Below, piece after piece: positions 25,692 to 36,295 of a DNA stretch of 49,368 nt. The notes under the pieces were generated by a model. It was not told where the DNA came from and did no database searches. It saw nothing but the letters and a program-made list of their open reading frames with translations. Position 1 is the stretch's first letter. Every line of letters starts with the position of its first letter. Source of the stretch: a virus. Taxonomy: Duplodnaviria; Caudoviricetes. Position numbers and translations under genes: made by a program. The DNA is taken from positions 1 to 49,368 of the IMG/VR virus record IMGVR_UViG_3300020045_009349; one strand, given 5' to 3'.

Positions 25692-25922
25692 ATGGGATTC
25701 ATACTCTTTTTTCTTGTTTTATTCATCGTCTTAGTTGGCGGTGGTTGGTTGATTGGAAAATCTATTGGAAACGCTTTGTTTCCTGGTGAAAAAGAAGAAA
25801 AATATACTTTCATAAATAATATTACTCACATTCATCATCACGAGCACAAGAATATTTCTATCATAGATGATGCAACCAAAAAAAGGATTTTTGAATTAAA
25901 GGAAAATAAGGATGGGAAGTAA
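25692..25922 (+). CDS. Moron: membrane protein with a His-rich motif
   Basis: TM helix then THIHHHEH; TAACTTTG -7 box at 25679-25686 just before the ATG. Confidence 0.7.
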   Translation: MGFILFFLVLFIVLVGGGWLIGKSIGNALFPGEKEEKYTFINNITHIHHHEHKNISIIDDATKKRIFELKENKDGK

Positions 25923-26154
25923 ATTGACTGAATTTGAAAAAAATATAACAATTACAACTTCATTGTCTGCTGAAGATATATTTTTATATAAAAAATATTT
26001 AAATAGAAAATTAGATGAAACCGAATTGAATAAAGCGGCCTATTTCAGAGATAATGGTATTCGATTAAATCATAATTTAAAAAATAGTTATTCAGGAAAA
26101 ATTAGCCTCACCAAAAAAGAAGTTGAAAAATTAAAATCTTTTGGAAACAAATAA
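25912..26154 (+). CDS. Moron: small basic hypothetical protein
   Basis: 80 aa, overlaps the upstream gene, AT-rich. Confidence 0.6.
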   Translation: MGSKLTEFEKNITITTSLSAEDIFLYKKYLNRKLDETELNKAAYFRDNGIRLNHNLKNSYSGKISLTKKEVEKLKSFGNK

Positions 26155-26211
26155 AAAGCCTACAATTAAGGAGGCTTATAAGTTGATTTCTCATTCGAGT
26201 AAAACAAATCT

Positions 26212-26245
26212 AAAAACGGATAGCCTTGAAGTTATCCGTTTTTTT
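26212..26245. terminator. Bidirectional terminator
   Basis: AAAAACGGATAGC-CTTGAA-GTTATCCGTTTTTTT between convergent genes. Confidence 0.75.
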
Positions 26246-26250
26246 GTTTT

Positions 26251-28272
26251 TTAATAACTCACGAATCCATCTTCCGTACTGATTAGTCCAGGAACCTCAA
26301 CTAATGTAGAATTGAAGTCGTTGTTTCCGGATGATTGAGAATTATAAACACTTCCGGTTTTAATCATAGTGGAGGTCAATACATACAAGTTAGAATCTTC
26401 TAGCGGTCCTTCAACATTAAAGTTTCCATTCTTCACGTAACCAATACCATCAATAGTCACGTTTTCGTGTGACAATGCTTGGGCAGTTTTTCGCCACATT
26501 TCTTTGGTCACTGGCTCGAATACTATTTCGTCAATTTCGTAAATGTCTGCATTCAACAAGATGGCGTTCGTATCAGTTTTGTGAACTTCGCTATCTTCAT
26601 CTGATTTCCCTTTTCGATGTTGGTATTGAACACGAATCAGGTTTTCAATTCCTGTTGCGTAAAACATATCCGTATTGGTTGAATTACTGTATTTTATTTC
26701 CAATACTCGATCGTGTTTCACTTTGCACCAAACGTGTTCGCTTAGATGAATTATTTCGGTAAAATGAGTATCGGTGTTGTTGATTCTCACCTGGAAATAC
26801 TGGTCAATATAATCTACCATATCGATGGCAAATTCGTAAACCTCATAATTGAACGAGTTGTAAATTGAAGCTGCTGCCACCAACACGTCTGAACCGGTGT
26901 AAATGTTAGAAAACACAATCACGTCAGCGTTTTTGGTTTCGTCAAAAATAATTTCTTCTATCAAGAACCAAGCAGAAGCAATGGAGAAGTAATTCCCGAC
27001 TACTGCCCATTCTGGAAGCGAACCATTGAGCATATAAGCAGCAGAAACCAATCCGGTTGTATAGTCATAAATGTTTCCTGATTTAAAATACAAACCGCTT
27101 TTTCCATCGCCAAGATTGTATTTGAAAGCATCCCGTTTGTCCTTGATTCCTATGTTGTTTGACCTTTTTACTACCGGAACATCAACTTCGGATAAATCTG
27201 ATTTTACAATTGTGGCCACATTGGTTTCATAATTCGATTTGAATTGTGTCGTGATTACATCGGCAGATTGAAACTGCTGAATTTCAGTATAAGGAATGTC
27301 AACATCCACTTCATAACTCAATGTGTTTTCGTCTGTTTTATAGTTGGCAGAATCTCCCCAGGTAATGCGATTAGCATATCGAATCGAGTTAGATTTCGAT
27401 ATATAAAAGTAAGGTGTGTAAACTCCAAATTCGGTTACTGAAAAGTTTTTGCTTTTCACATCACCCAATTGGTCCTTAACCCAAAACAAATAGGTTCCAA
27501 CTTCTAAACCGGAAAACACATTGGATGATTGCCAATTTATATTGTCCAATGAATATTGCAATTCTAACCCATCGCTATTGACATTTGAAATGTTTAGCGT
27601 TCCTCCATCTGGCGAGTTTGTAACGTTTAGCGTGAAATTATCTATGTTCAAATATGCTGGCGTTGTAAATGATTGCGAAACTCTCAAACCAGCTGAATCT
27701 TCTACTTCGACAATAAAAGTCATATTTCTATATGCTGGAAATATAATGGGATTTGCAGTGTTTGGATTTATATTAATAGGCTGAACCAATCTAACTGCCA
27801 AATGATTTGTGGCAATATTTACAAGACAGCTCGCTGATACATCGGCCAAATATGGTGTGAATGTAATTGCGTCAATTGTAAAAGGAGATGTTACAACTTC
27901 ATTTTCAATAACTACATCTACAAAAGCATTGCTGGAACCAGTGAAAACAGCTCCAGAAAAATTGGCCTCAATAGTCACGAATCCAACTCCTGAATTTACC
28001 GGACCATTCAAAGTAGTCAAAGTAAATAAACCTGTTGAATTGTAATCTAAATTGAAAGCGTTCTTGTAGTTCACATTTACAAACCCAAAATACCGATCAG
28101 GATGAATTCCATCATCGGCTTCAAATATTGGCAGCGCTACTTGTGCCGTTCCCAAACGAGATTCCTTGAATGTTTCGTTTAGAGCTAATCCTAATGATGT
28201 TTCGCCAATATTGAACACATTGTCAATAGATGGAACCGCTATAAATTCGAGTGTTATTTTTGAATATGCCAT
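26251..28272 (-). CDS. Tail/baseplate structural protein
   Basis: 673 aa, beta-rich, QYSLDNINWQSSNVFSGL Ig-like motif, position after the TMP. Confidence 0.7.
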   Translation of the reverse strand: MAYSKITLEFIAVPSIDNVFNIGETSLGLALNETFKESRLGTAQVALPIFEADDGIHPDRYFGFVNVNYKNAFNLDYNSTGLFTLTTLNGPVNSGVGFVTIEANFSGAVFTGSSNAFVDVVIENEVVTSPFTIDAITFTPYLADVSASCLVNIATNHLAVRLVQPININPNTANPIIFPAYRNMTFIVEVEDSAGLRVSQSFTTPAYLNIDNFTLNVTNSPDGGTLNISNVNSDGLELQYSLDNINWQSSNVFSGLEVGTYLFWVKDQLGDVKSKNFSVTEFGVYTPYFYISKSNSIRYANRITWGDSANYKTDENTLSYEVDVDIPYTEIQQFQSADVITTQFKSNYETNVATIVKSDLSEVDVPVVKRSNNIGIKDKRDAFKYNLGDGKSGLYFKSGNIYDYTTGLVSAAYMLNGSLPEWAVVGNYFSIASAWFLIEEIIFDETKNADVIVFSNIYTGSDVLVAAASIYNSFNYEVYEFAIDMVDYIDQYFQVRINNTDTHFTEIIHLSEHVWCKVKHDRVLEIKYSNSTNTDMFYATGIENLIRVQYQHRKGKSDEDSEVHKTDTNAILLNADIYEIDEIVFEPVTKEMWRKTAQALSHENVTIDGIGYVKNGNFNVEGPLEDSNLYVLTSTMIKTGSVYNSQSSGNNDFNSTLVEVPGLISTEDGFVSY

Positions 28273-28276
28273 AATT

Positions 28277-30487
28277 TTATCTGTTTGCTTTTAATAATTT
28301 AAATTGTCCTTTACCGTTTGGTTTGAGATTGAAAAGGAATCCTTTTTCTTTCTCGTTATTCTCGTTTATAAATTCAACCAAGCCGTAAAAGTTTTTGATT
28401 TCTTTGCCTTGAATTACGGTTGTTCCTTCAATCATTTGCATAATGTCGAAGTTGCAAACGTGCTCAAATTCTATCCATTCCGGAAAGAATCTTGCCCTCA
28501 TTAATTCCGAGTTTATGATGCTGCCGTTTTCTGAATATTCGTTCTTGCCTATCAGCTTTGTTTTTAATTGGCTATTGGCCGTTGAGCTTCCATAACGAAT
28601 ATAATCCGTGATATACTTTTTGAAACCACCGCCAAACCACCACGAATGGCGAAGCAAACAATTTACAGGCGAAAACCTTAAATTTGTGGCACTTTCGGGA
28701 TTGAATATTCCGGTGGGTTGCTGTTCGAAATCATCCTGCCATTTCCTTTGTTCAAAAACATTTCCAATACCTCGTTTTAAATCCATCTTGAAAATGTCGG
28801 AATCGTAAGAAGTATCTTCCGTGTCGTTAAGCAATTTTGATTTACGTCTTGCAAACTCCATTCCATAGGAATCTGAACGGTATTTTGATATTTTGGAATA
28901 GGTTTGTTTCAAACGATTGATGATTGTCGTAAAATTGGCTTTCGTGTTCGGTTCGTCCAATCCCATTGCTTCTTCATAATTCCCTCCTTTTTCGCTGCCA
29001 AATTCCAATGACGAATAATAATACTCCGTGGCCACGGATCGTTTCACTTTCTTTACCTGAAAAGGCAGACGAATAGTCACGTTGTTGTTGTAGAAATAAG
29101 ATAGTTCCTCAATTCGAACACGCTCTTTGTTGCCAACGGTTTCAATGCCTATTCCGATATTCCAAACAGCATCCAATGAAGAAACAGCATCCTTGAACGA
29201 TGTTGTCAATGGCTTGAAAAGATTTTCCACTTTCGGGATTTCGCTGGGTATTGGAAACTTGTCGAATTGTCGAATCCAAAAACCGTGAGTCAACCCAGTA
29301 AGAGAACCTGGTCCATCAACTGGATAACCTAAATCCGTTCTTCCCAAGAAATCCGAATAAAAAGCGTTTTCCTTGTTGGTTCCAATGGTTACCAAACGAT
29401 CTGCCAATTCGTGAGCCAAAATCGCTTTTGTTTGCGAGTTTTCATAAAACGAATCTTCATCAAGAAACAAACTTCCCGTGATGTCGTTTAGTTTGATATC
29501 CAGTTTTGCGTTTGGACTTACTTTAAAATCAACGTGCTGCCAAGCTTCAATTGCCAAGCTTTCACCTGCTTCAACGTCAATGAAACCATCATAATTTATG
29601 GAATAAACATTTGTGTTTGCAGCATTCATTTCACTTATGGAAGCCAGCGAAAACAAGGTTGTTCTTGTTGGCAAGTTATAAGAAACGCCATTCTTGAATT
29701 TGGTTAAGCTTATTTGAAAGCTAGCCGTGTCGATTTTTACTTGGCTAATATTGAATTTGAAGGTGAAATTAGTTTTTACGTGAAGCGTTCTTTTTTTGTC
29801 TGAATTGGCAAAGAACATCATTCCGGTTGTACCCGTGGTTTCGTCGGCCGTGTTGCCACTCAAAACATCTTGTGCCTGTTCGTGTGATTTGTTGATCACC
29901 GCCAATGGCATTCCCACGGTTTGATTTCTAACATTTCCAGCGTTACTCTCGTTGTAAAGAGCCACTGCATTATCCGTTGCGTTGACTTCGTATTTCGATT
30001 TCAAAAATATTCTTCTTCCTTCCAAAGCCACGGTTATGGGTTGGATTTCTGCAATGGTTTTGCCATCGATGGTCGTTGTCCTGTCAATTTCTATTTGTTC
30101 GCTTTCTCTGGCTTTTAACAATTGTTCCAAACCACCGGAATTGAATTTTATGGAAACTTGGTTTCCCTCACATTCATACGTGGATAGATCCAAATAACCG
30201 GAATAGGTCAACGTCCAAAGGTCGGTTTTTGGGTGTTTTTCTTCGCGTTTCAATTTGATTTCTGCATTGATTCCCTCGATGTCATAAATCAATTGGATGA
30301 AATCTTTTCCGCTTCCTATGAATTTTGAGGAATTGGAAAACCTTGAAACGATACCGTGGTAGGTTTCGTGTCGTGCGAGCTCTTTTTCGTCACTATGCCA
30401 ACCAATTGGCTCTTCGATAATCAAAGAGCCTTGGTTTTTGTTGTAAAGCGTGTATCGAACCCTGTCGAAGTAGTTTAGATTTCCCAT
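28277..30487 (-). CDS. Tail (distal/hub) protein
   Basis: 736 aa directly after the tape measure gene; EEPIGW N-terminal motif. Confidence 0.7.
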   Translation of the reverse strand: MGNLNYFDRVRYTLYNKNQGSLIIEEPIGWHSDEKELARHETYHGIVSRFSNSSKFIGSGKDFIQLIYDIEGINAEIKLKREEKHPKTDLWTLTYSGYLDLSTYECEGNQVSIKFNSGGLEQLLKARESEQIEIDRTTTIDGKTIAEIQPITVALEGRRIFLKSKYEVNATDNAVALYNESNAGNVRNQTVGMPLAVINKSHEQAQDVLSGNTADETTGTTGMMFFANSDKKRTLHVKTNFTFKFNISQVKIDTASFQISLTKFKNGVSYNLPTRTTLFSLASISEMNAANTNVYSINYDGFIDVEAGESLAIEAWQHVDFKVSPNAKLDIKLNDITGSLFLDEDSFYENSQTKAILAHELADRLVTIGTNKENAFYSDFLGRTDLGYPVDGPGSLTGLTHGFWIRQFDKFPIPSEIPKVENLFKPLTTSFKDAVSSLDAVWNIGIGIETVGNKERVRIEELSYFYNNNVTIRLPFQVKKVKRSVATEYYYSSLEFGSEKGGNYEEAMGLDEPNTKANFTTIINRLKQTYSKISKYRSDSYGMEFARRKSKLLNDTEDTSYDSDIFKMDLKRGIGNVFEQRKWQDDFEQQPTGIFNPESATNLRFSPVNCLLRHSWWFGGGFKKYITDYIRYGSSTANSQLKTKLIGKNEYSENGSIINSELMRARFFPEWIEFEHVCNFDIMQMIEGTTVIQGKEIKNFYGLVEFINENNEKEKGFLFNLKPNGKGQFKLLKANR

Positions 30488-33400
30488 TAGTTCCAGTTAG
30501 TGTTTTTCATTTTCCATAAATGATAATTGATGTCTAATCCCGGCATATTGATTACGGAACCATTTTTCTGTCTCTCTATGGCCCTGGTGTTTCGTTTTAA
30601 TTCTTCGAGCATTTCCTTGCCATATTTTTCCTCATTTTGTATCGCTTGAAAATCATTCATCCTACGGCCGTCCATTTGAAGTCCGGATAAAATAGAGGCT
30701 CTCATATAGGCTTGATAATCTGCAATGGATTTATGCACGATGTCGCCTTGGTTCAAATGGGTAAGTGTCGGGATGTTTGGTGTCAATCTTGGATTTGAAC
30801 CATCGGACTTCGTGATGACTTCATGAACAAAACCGTCACCCACTTCGGCAAATTCTGCTTTACCTCCTTTACGCCCCATCTTGTATTTAGGGATAGGACT
30901 GGCCAAAACTGCAGCTAATTGCAAACTACCAATAACGCCATAAGCCGTTGCTATAGTAGATGCCGATATACCAAAATCATATTTAGGCACCTGTGCCAAC
31001 GCACTAATAATTGCCTGTGAAGTTGTAATTCCAACATTCAAAGCCGTCATTGCTTTATTGAAAACAGCTTGTTTATGTTGTTCAGCTCTTTTCTTTTTTT
31101 CTAATTCTGCATTTTTCTTCTCTTTCTCTTTTTCAAGCAACTCCTTTTGTCTTGCATCATTTCCAGCCAGCTCAATTTGCTTGTCGTAGTACTCATTGTT
31201 TTTAGTGATTTCGTCTTCTATGTTTTGGATTTTGTTATCAAATAATGAATTAGAAAGTTCAGACAAAGCCCCGGATAATTGTGATGCAAGATCTAATATC
31301 TGTAACGCTTTTTCCTTCTCTGATTGAACTGTTATTTCCGTGTTTTTCTTATCGGTACTAACTTCAACTTCCGACAAATCCAATTTGGCCTTGCTTAATG
31401 TTTCAGCAATCTTTTGTCTTTTGTCTGCTGATATTTGTTCGTTTGCTGGCAGCGCATCATTGGCTGCCAATTCTGTTTCCAAGGTGGCAATTTGAAGCCT
31501 CAATGTTTTGATTGCAAAATCTTTCTTGATTTTGAAAATACGGGTTTCGTGGTCCTCAATAGCTTTTTCCCTGTCAGATTGTGCCATTGCTTCTAAATCA
31601 CCAAGTTTGGCAAACCTTTCATTTTCTGCCTGTAATTCAGCATTCATTGATGTGTTAGTTTTAGAAACTTTATTTTCTAAATCCTTCTGATATTTGGCTT
31701 CATCAAATTGATTTATTTTCAATATTTCCTCTGATGTTTTTTTCTTGATATCAACGATCTTGTTTTCAGCTTCGTTAACGATTACCAATTTTTGGTTGGC
31801 ATTCATTCGGTCTTTGGCCAATACGAATTTGTCTGCATCCAAAGAATGTTTTTCGGTCAGTTTGGCTAAATCAATTTCTTTTTGTTGAACTACCTCCAAT
31901 GCCTTGATGCGAACTTCATCACTCAATTTTTCGTCTGCTGCAATGTCTCCATTTATCTTGATGGAACGCTCCAAACGTTGTTTTTGCAATTCATACAAGG
32001 AGTCAGATAGCTTTTTGGCTCTGTCCAAGGCTTCTTTAGCGGCTTTGTCTTGTTCTGCTTTGGCTATTTTTGAGTCAACACCGGGATTTGCGTTTGGATC
32101 AGCAACAGGCTTTGCTGTTCTTTGTTGAATAAATCCTTTTACCGTGGCATTTTCAGAAGCGGCAAACGTTGTTTTGTTGTTTAAAGCAGCTATTTTTTGT
32201 TGATTTTCTTTGATTTGTTTATTTCTTTTGCCACTATTAAAGAAAGAATCATCTGCAGCTAATTTTTTGTTTATTTTTTCCAGTTCCAAAGCAGCTCTGG
32301 TGTTCTCTTCAATTTCGGCATTGTTCCAGGCAATCACGTTTTGCAAATCCTCCAAACTTCTTTTGTTCTTGTCGGAGTAGTTTTTAATGGCGCTGTCGGC
32401 ACCTTCTTTTCTTATTCTAGCCAATTCTCTTTCTCTTTTTTGGGCACTGGTGGTAAACCAATCATCCAACATCGACAGAGTATCAATGGCATCGTTAACC
32501 CAAAACTTTAAAAAATTACCACCGGCATTTCCTTTTTCAGAAAGGCTTAAAACAAAACTACCCCAAGCGCTTTCCAATTTGTCGATGGAACCAGTCAAAG
32601 TATCCATTCTAGTATTGGCTTGTTCCGTTGCTGTTCCGTTTTCGTTCATTTTAGCGGTCAACTCTTTCAATCTATCGGTATGCCCCAAAACATTCAGGGC
32701 AGCCGTTGCGTTTTCCAGTCCAAATATTTTAACAATTGATGCATTATCTTTCAATAACGGCTTCAACAATTCCAGTTTTTGTTGGATAGGAATGGATTTG
32801 TCTTTCAGCGTTTCTAATGAGATTCCCAACTTGGCGAATTCTTCCTGTGCTTTTCTTGGCAAAGCATCTGGAGCACTAATTTTTAACAATACGTTTCTCA
32901 ATGCTGTTCCTGCATCGGCTCCTTTTAGGCCATTTTCTGCCAACAACTCCACTAAAGCCGTACTTTCTTGTATGCTTACATTTGAAGTACGTGCAACGGC
33001 TCCAAATTTCAACAAGGCTTCGGTTATTTGAGGAATTTCAGCAGCTCCATATTTAGCACCATTAGCCAAGGCATCAATGAAAACATTGGCTTGTGAAGCA
33101 TCGGCACCAAACTGGTTCATTGCATCAGTTAAAGCAGTGGCAGCATCCGGCATTTCCATTCCTGAAGCTTGTGCTAATGTCAAAACGGCTTCGGTTACTT
33201 GGTTTAATGCGGAAACATTTTCGAGCAATTCCGGCTTGGCAGAAGCTATCAATTTATAGGCCTCCACAACTGCAACCGCACCTCCTTTTGTTCCTTTGCC
33301 CAATTCAATGGCTTGGTTTTTTAGATAATCCAAGTCTTTTCCTGTGGCTCCGGTAATGGCGCTCAAATCGGCCAACGCCTGGTCAAACTTTTTGATAGTA

Positions 33401-34125
33401 TCGAAAGCGTTTTTCATTATGGAAGCAAACAAGGCAAGGCCTCCCAAAACTCCAAAAGCACCCATCAGGTTTTTGACACCATCGGCCATTTTGGTAATCT
33501 TTGGATAGTTACCTACTGTTTTATGAAAATCACCTACTGCGTGGTCCGCTTTACGAACACGAATATCCAATTTATCGAACTCAACTTGAGCTTTTTTGAT
33601 TGCTTCGGTGTTTTGATTTTCTGCACTCAACAAGTCTAGTAAATTTCTTTTAGCAATGGTTCGTTGTAAGTTTAACTTAGTATATGCCGTGGTCATTTTG
33701 CTGGACAAAATAGCCTGTTCTTTTGCAATTCGATTGTTCTGTTCATTGGCCAAACGTTCTTCTGCTGAAAGCTTTATATTTGATCTGGTTGCGGCTTGTT
33801 TTTTGGCAGCAATATCCAAAGCTAATTTTTCCGTTTTCAATGCTTCTTGCTTTACTTTTTCCAAATTTGTTTCGGCAATTTGCTGTTCTTTCAACGTAAC
33901 TATTGATTGTTCGGCAAGGAGTTTCACTTCATTTTTCTGCTTGATGAACTCGGTTTGGTTTTCGCTTCGACGCAATTTTACATTTTCGGCATTTAGCAAA
34001 ACAATGGAATCCACAAACTCCCTATTTTTGGCAATTGCGTCATTCAGTGTTTTTGCATATTCATCACCCCAACGCAAAGCATCGTCGGTGATTATGTCTT
34101 TTCGAGTGATAGTTCCTTCGGCCAT
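30487..34125 (-). CDS. Tail tape measure protein (TP901-like core)
   Basis: 1212 aa; FDQALADLSAITGATG...GLKGADAGTALRN; long coiled coils. Confidence 0.95.
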   Translation of the reverse strand: MAEGTITRKDIITDDALRWGDEYAKTLNDAIAKNREFVDSIVLLNAENVKLRRSENQTEFIKQKNEVKLLAEQSIVTLKEQQIAETNLEKVKQEALKTEKLALDIAAKKQAATRSNIKLSAEERLANEQNNRIAKEQAILSSKMTTAYTKLNLQRTIAKRNLLDLLSAENQNTEAIKKAQVEFDKLDIRVRKADHAVGDFHKTVGNYPKITKMADGVKNLMGAFGVLGGLALFASIMKNAFDTIKKFDQALADLSAITGATGKDLDYLKNQAIELGKGTKGGAVAVVEAYKLIASAKPELLENVSALNQVTEAVLTLAQASGMEMPDAATALTDAMNQFGADASQANVFIDALANGAKYGAAEIPQITEALLKFGAVARTSNVSIQESTALVELLAENGLKGADAGTALRNVLLKISAPDALPRKAQEEFAKLGISLETLKDKSIPIQQKLELLKPLLKDNASIVKIFGLENATAALNVLGHTDRLKELTAKMNENGTATEQANTRMDTLTGSIDKLESAWGSFVLSLSEKGNAGGNFLKFWVNDAIDTLSMLDDWFTTSAQKRERELARIRKEGADSAIKNYSDKNKRSLEDLQNVIAWNNAEIEENTRAALELEKINKKLAADDSFFNSGKRNKQIKENQQKIAALNNKTTFAASENATVKGFIQQRTAKPVADPNANPGVDSKIAKAEQDKAAKEALDRAKKLSDSLYELQKQRLERSIKINGDIAADEKLSDEVRIKALEVVQQKEIDLAKLTEKHSLDADKFVLAKDRMNANQKLVIVNEAENKIVDIKKKTSEEILKINQFDEAKYQKDLENKVSKTNTSMNAELQAENERFAKLGDLEAMAQSDREKAIEDHETRIFKIKKDFAIKTLRLQIATLETELAANDALPANEQISADKRQKIAETLSKAKLDLSEVEVSTDKKNTEITVQSEKEKALQILDLASQLSGALSELSNSLFDNKIQNIEDEITKNNEYYDKQIELAGNDARQKELLEKEKEKKNAELEKKKRAEQHKQAVFNKAMTALNVGITTSQAIISALAQVPKYDFGISASTIATAYGVIGSLQLAAVLASPIPKYKMGRKGGKAEFAEVGDGFVHEVITKSDGSNPRLTPNIPTLTHLNQGDIVHKSIADYQAYMRASILSGLQMDGRRMNDFQAIQNEEKYGKEMLEELKRNTRAIERQKNGSVINMPGLDINYHLWKMKNTNWN

Positions 34126-34712
34126 TATTTCTTGTTTTTAGCGTTATTTTTTTCGATGGCTGCAATTTTTTGTTTCACTTGATTTTCTAATGATTTAAAT
34201 TTCTCTACTGATATGGTGTAAAAATCAAAGTCATATCCCAAAACGGAAGAGTAACCGGCCATCAAATTGATGATGGAATTGTCTTGGCTCTCTGATTTTG
34301 ATTCGTCAACATCTGGAAGACCTTGTTTGAGTTGATTAATTTTTTGAACTATTCCTTTGCTTTCACGTTCTACACGTTCCAAGTCTTCATTGTAAAATTC
34401 ATCCCGGAATCGATAGCCGTAATCCCTCAATAATGCAATCAATTCTGGGTAAACATCAAACTTCAAGGCTTCTATGATCAACTTTATTTCAAAATGTTTT
34501 CGCTCCAAGTATTCTATTTCTCTCGAAAGACTGAATACTTTGTTGGCGTTTTGCTTGTTGTATTTTTCTTGGTATTCTTTGTAAAGCTCATTCCATATAT
34601 CAACCAATTCATTGATGGGGGTTTCTTCGTCTGAAAGCAAGGAAACATCACCGGAATCGATGATTTCTATCATTGTGACCATTGGCAATTTTCGGAGCGT
34701 TTTATAAATCAT
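34125..34712 (-). CDS. Tail assembly chaperone-like protein
   Basis: Position directly upstream of the TMP. Confidence 0.55.
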   Translation of the reverse strand: MIYKTLRKLPMVTMIEIIDSGDVSLLSDEETPINELVDIWNELYKEYQEKYNKQNANKVFSLSREIEYLERKHFEIKLIIEALKFDVYPELIALLRDYGYRFRDEFYNEDLERVERESKGIVQKINQLKQGLPDVDESKSESQDNSIINLMAGYSSVLGYDFDFYTISVEKFKSLENQVKQKIAAIEKNNAKNKK

Positions 34713-35158
34713 AATCCTAATTTTTGGCGGTTGTAATTCAACACGAATGGTTTTATTTTGGTTTCGATAACTTCTTTCAAGTTTTCGTCTGTCAATCCAA
34801 AAAGGCTATGGGAAAGCCAATGTTTGCTGCTTAAAATATCATCGGTTTTTGGATCTGTGGAACCAAAGAAAAATATGTCATCGAGCACCGTTACATAAAA
34901 ACTTCCCAACCAATCGCCTGTATCTTTTCCAGTGAAAGGTGTGCCCCATTCTTTTTGTCCATTGGTCAATATGTCCGTGGCTTTGGAATAAAACCCGATG
35001 GCTTTTCCGTAAATATCCTGGCTGTCTTGATTGATTTGTTTTTTGTTCAACTCAACCATATACTCGGACACGGTTTTGATGAATGCAAACAAATCTTTGG
35101 CGATGTTTTCAGAAGAAACAGATTGTGAACGCTGTAATTGTTGTTCGAATGTGGCCAT
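34709..35158 (-). CDS. Virion morphogenesis (neck/tail completion) protein
   Basis: FTGKDTGDWLGSF...LFGLTDEN; likely start MATFEQ. Confidence 0.55.
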   Translation of the reverse strand: MATFEQQLQRSQSVSSENIAKDLFAFIKTVSEYMVELNKKQINQDSQDIYGKAIGFYSKATDILTNGQKEWGTPFTGKDTGDWLGSFYVTVLDDIFFFGSTDPKTDDILSSKHWLSHSLFGLTDENLKEVIETKIKPFVLNYNRQKLGL

Positions 35159-35167
35159 ATTTTGTAT

Positions 35168-35207
35168 AAAAAAAGAGGCTAAACCATTGGATGATTTTAG
35201 CCTCTTG
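35168..35207 (-). terminator. Terminator after the major tail gene block
   Basis: AAGAGGCTAAA...TTTAGCCTCTT stem plus T-run. Confidence 0.65.
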
Positions 35208-35225
35208 TTCAATAAATTGATTCTT

Positions 35226-35414
35226 TTATTCTATTACTTCAATGTCTGCTGTTTTCTTGGAGGCAATCTTAAAAGCTTTTTTCAGTTCTGATAATCGCTC
35301 TTTTTCTGATATGCCTTTGAATACCCAAGTATTCTCGAATTCAGCCTTGAACTGGTCAAACGTTCTACTGTAATTATCTTCAAACGTTATGCCTTTGTAT
35401 TTGGCACGTGCCAT
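35226..35414 (-). CDS. Small hypothetical protein
   Basis: 62 aa, coupled to the major tail gene. Confidence 0.65.
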   Translation of the reverse strand: MARAKYKGITFEDNYSRTFDQFKAEFENTWVFKGISEKERLSELKKAFKIASKKTADIEVIE

Positions 35415-35417
35415 TGA

Positions 35418-36281
35418 TTAGACTGTGATTGAAACACCACCAACGCTTTGATAAGTGGCTTCTGTTTGAATAACAACACCATTCAAATCAACAACGTTTC
35501 CAGTTACAAAACCAGTTCCTGTCAATTCATAAACACCATCAGCATCAGCAGCCACAAAAGAATGTGTCACTGCAACACCAAGAGCAGTTTTGAATGTAAC
35601 ATCGGCAGTGTCTAATGAAGTTACCGGATCAAGTGCATCACCTGTCAAGGCTTTGAATTTAACCGAAGTCGCAGAAGAACTAACCACTACCAATTTAGCA
35701 TCAAAGATTCCGTTTACTTCGATATGGCTCCAAGTTGGTTTGATGATAACCGCATTTTTCTCAAAATCTTTGTAATCAGAATACGTCAAAGTAACCGGTG
35801 TGTAAGCTGGTTTGTCAGGCATGGCATCGATACGTTTTCCAACTTCGATTGTTACCAATTGACCTTTCACTTTTACACCATCAGGAGTAACTCCTTTGAT
35901 TTCCTGTGCATCTGTGAACTCATACAAACGCATTGTTTTTCCGTTATACGAAGCCAAAGCAGCGTGAGAATTAACCCCAATCATACACTCGAAAGTTCTG
36001 ATTTTCTTACCGTTTTTAGTTTTGTATTTAGAGTTTCCTTCGAAGTAGGTGTCTTCGGTATCACCGATGGCTAGTCCTTCGATTTCATACAATGGTATGA
36101 TTTTCTTCAAATCAACATCGGCTTTCCATGTTGCTAATGTTTTGGCAGCGGCCACAGTTGCGAATTCTTGCTCGTCTGTAGCTAATGCGTGGCGAATAAC
36201 TACTCCTTCGTGGAATTGGTCATTGGCTCCCGTATTCTTGTTGCTTTCGCCTGTTACGGTAAATTCTACGATTATACTCAT
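35418..36281 (-). CDS. Major tail protein
   Basis: 287 aa, T/V/G-rich, canonical position. Confidence 0.75.
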   Translation of the reverse strand: MSIIVEFTVTGESNKNTGANDQFHEGVVIRHALATDEQEFATVAAAKTLATWKADVDLKKIIPLYEIEGLAIGDTEDTYFEGNSKYKTKNGKKIRTFECMIGVNSHAALASYNGKTMRLYEFTDAQEIKGVTPDGVKVKGQLVTIEVGKRIDAMPDKPAYTPVTLTYSDYKDFEKNAVIIKPTWSHIEVNGIFDAKLVVVSSSATSVKFKALTGDALDPVTSLDTADVTFKTALGVAVTHSFVAADADGVYELTGTGFVTGNVVDLNGVVIQTEATYQSVGGVSITV

Positions 36282-36295
36282 AGTTCCTATTTTTT

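Noticed and set aside
31508-34141. Long plus-strand ORFs (e.g. 32387..33031) and similar antisense ORFs across the window
   Set aside because: They are shadow frames of well-supported minus-strand genes.
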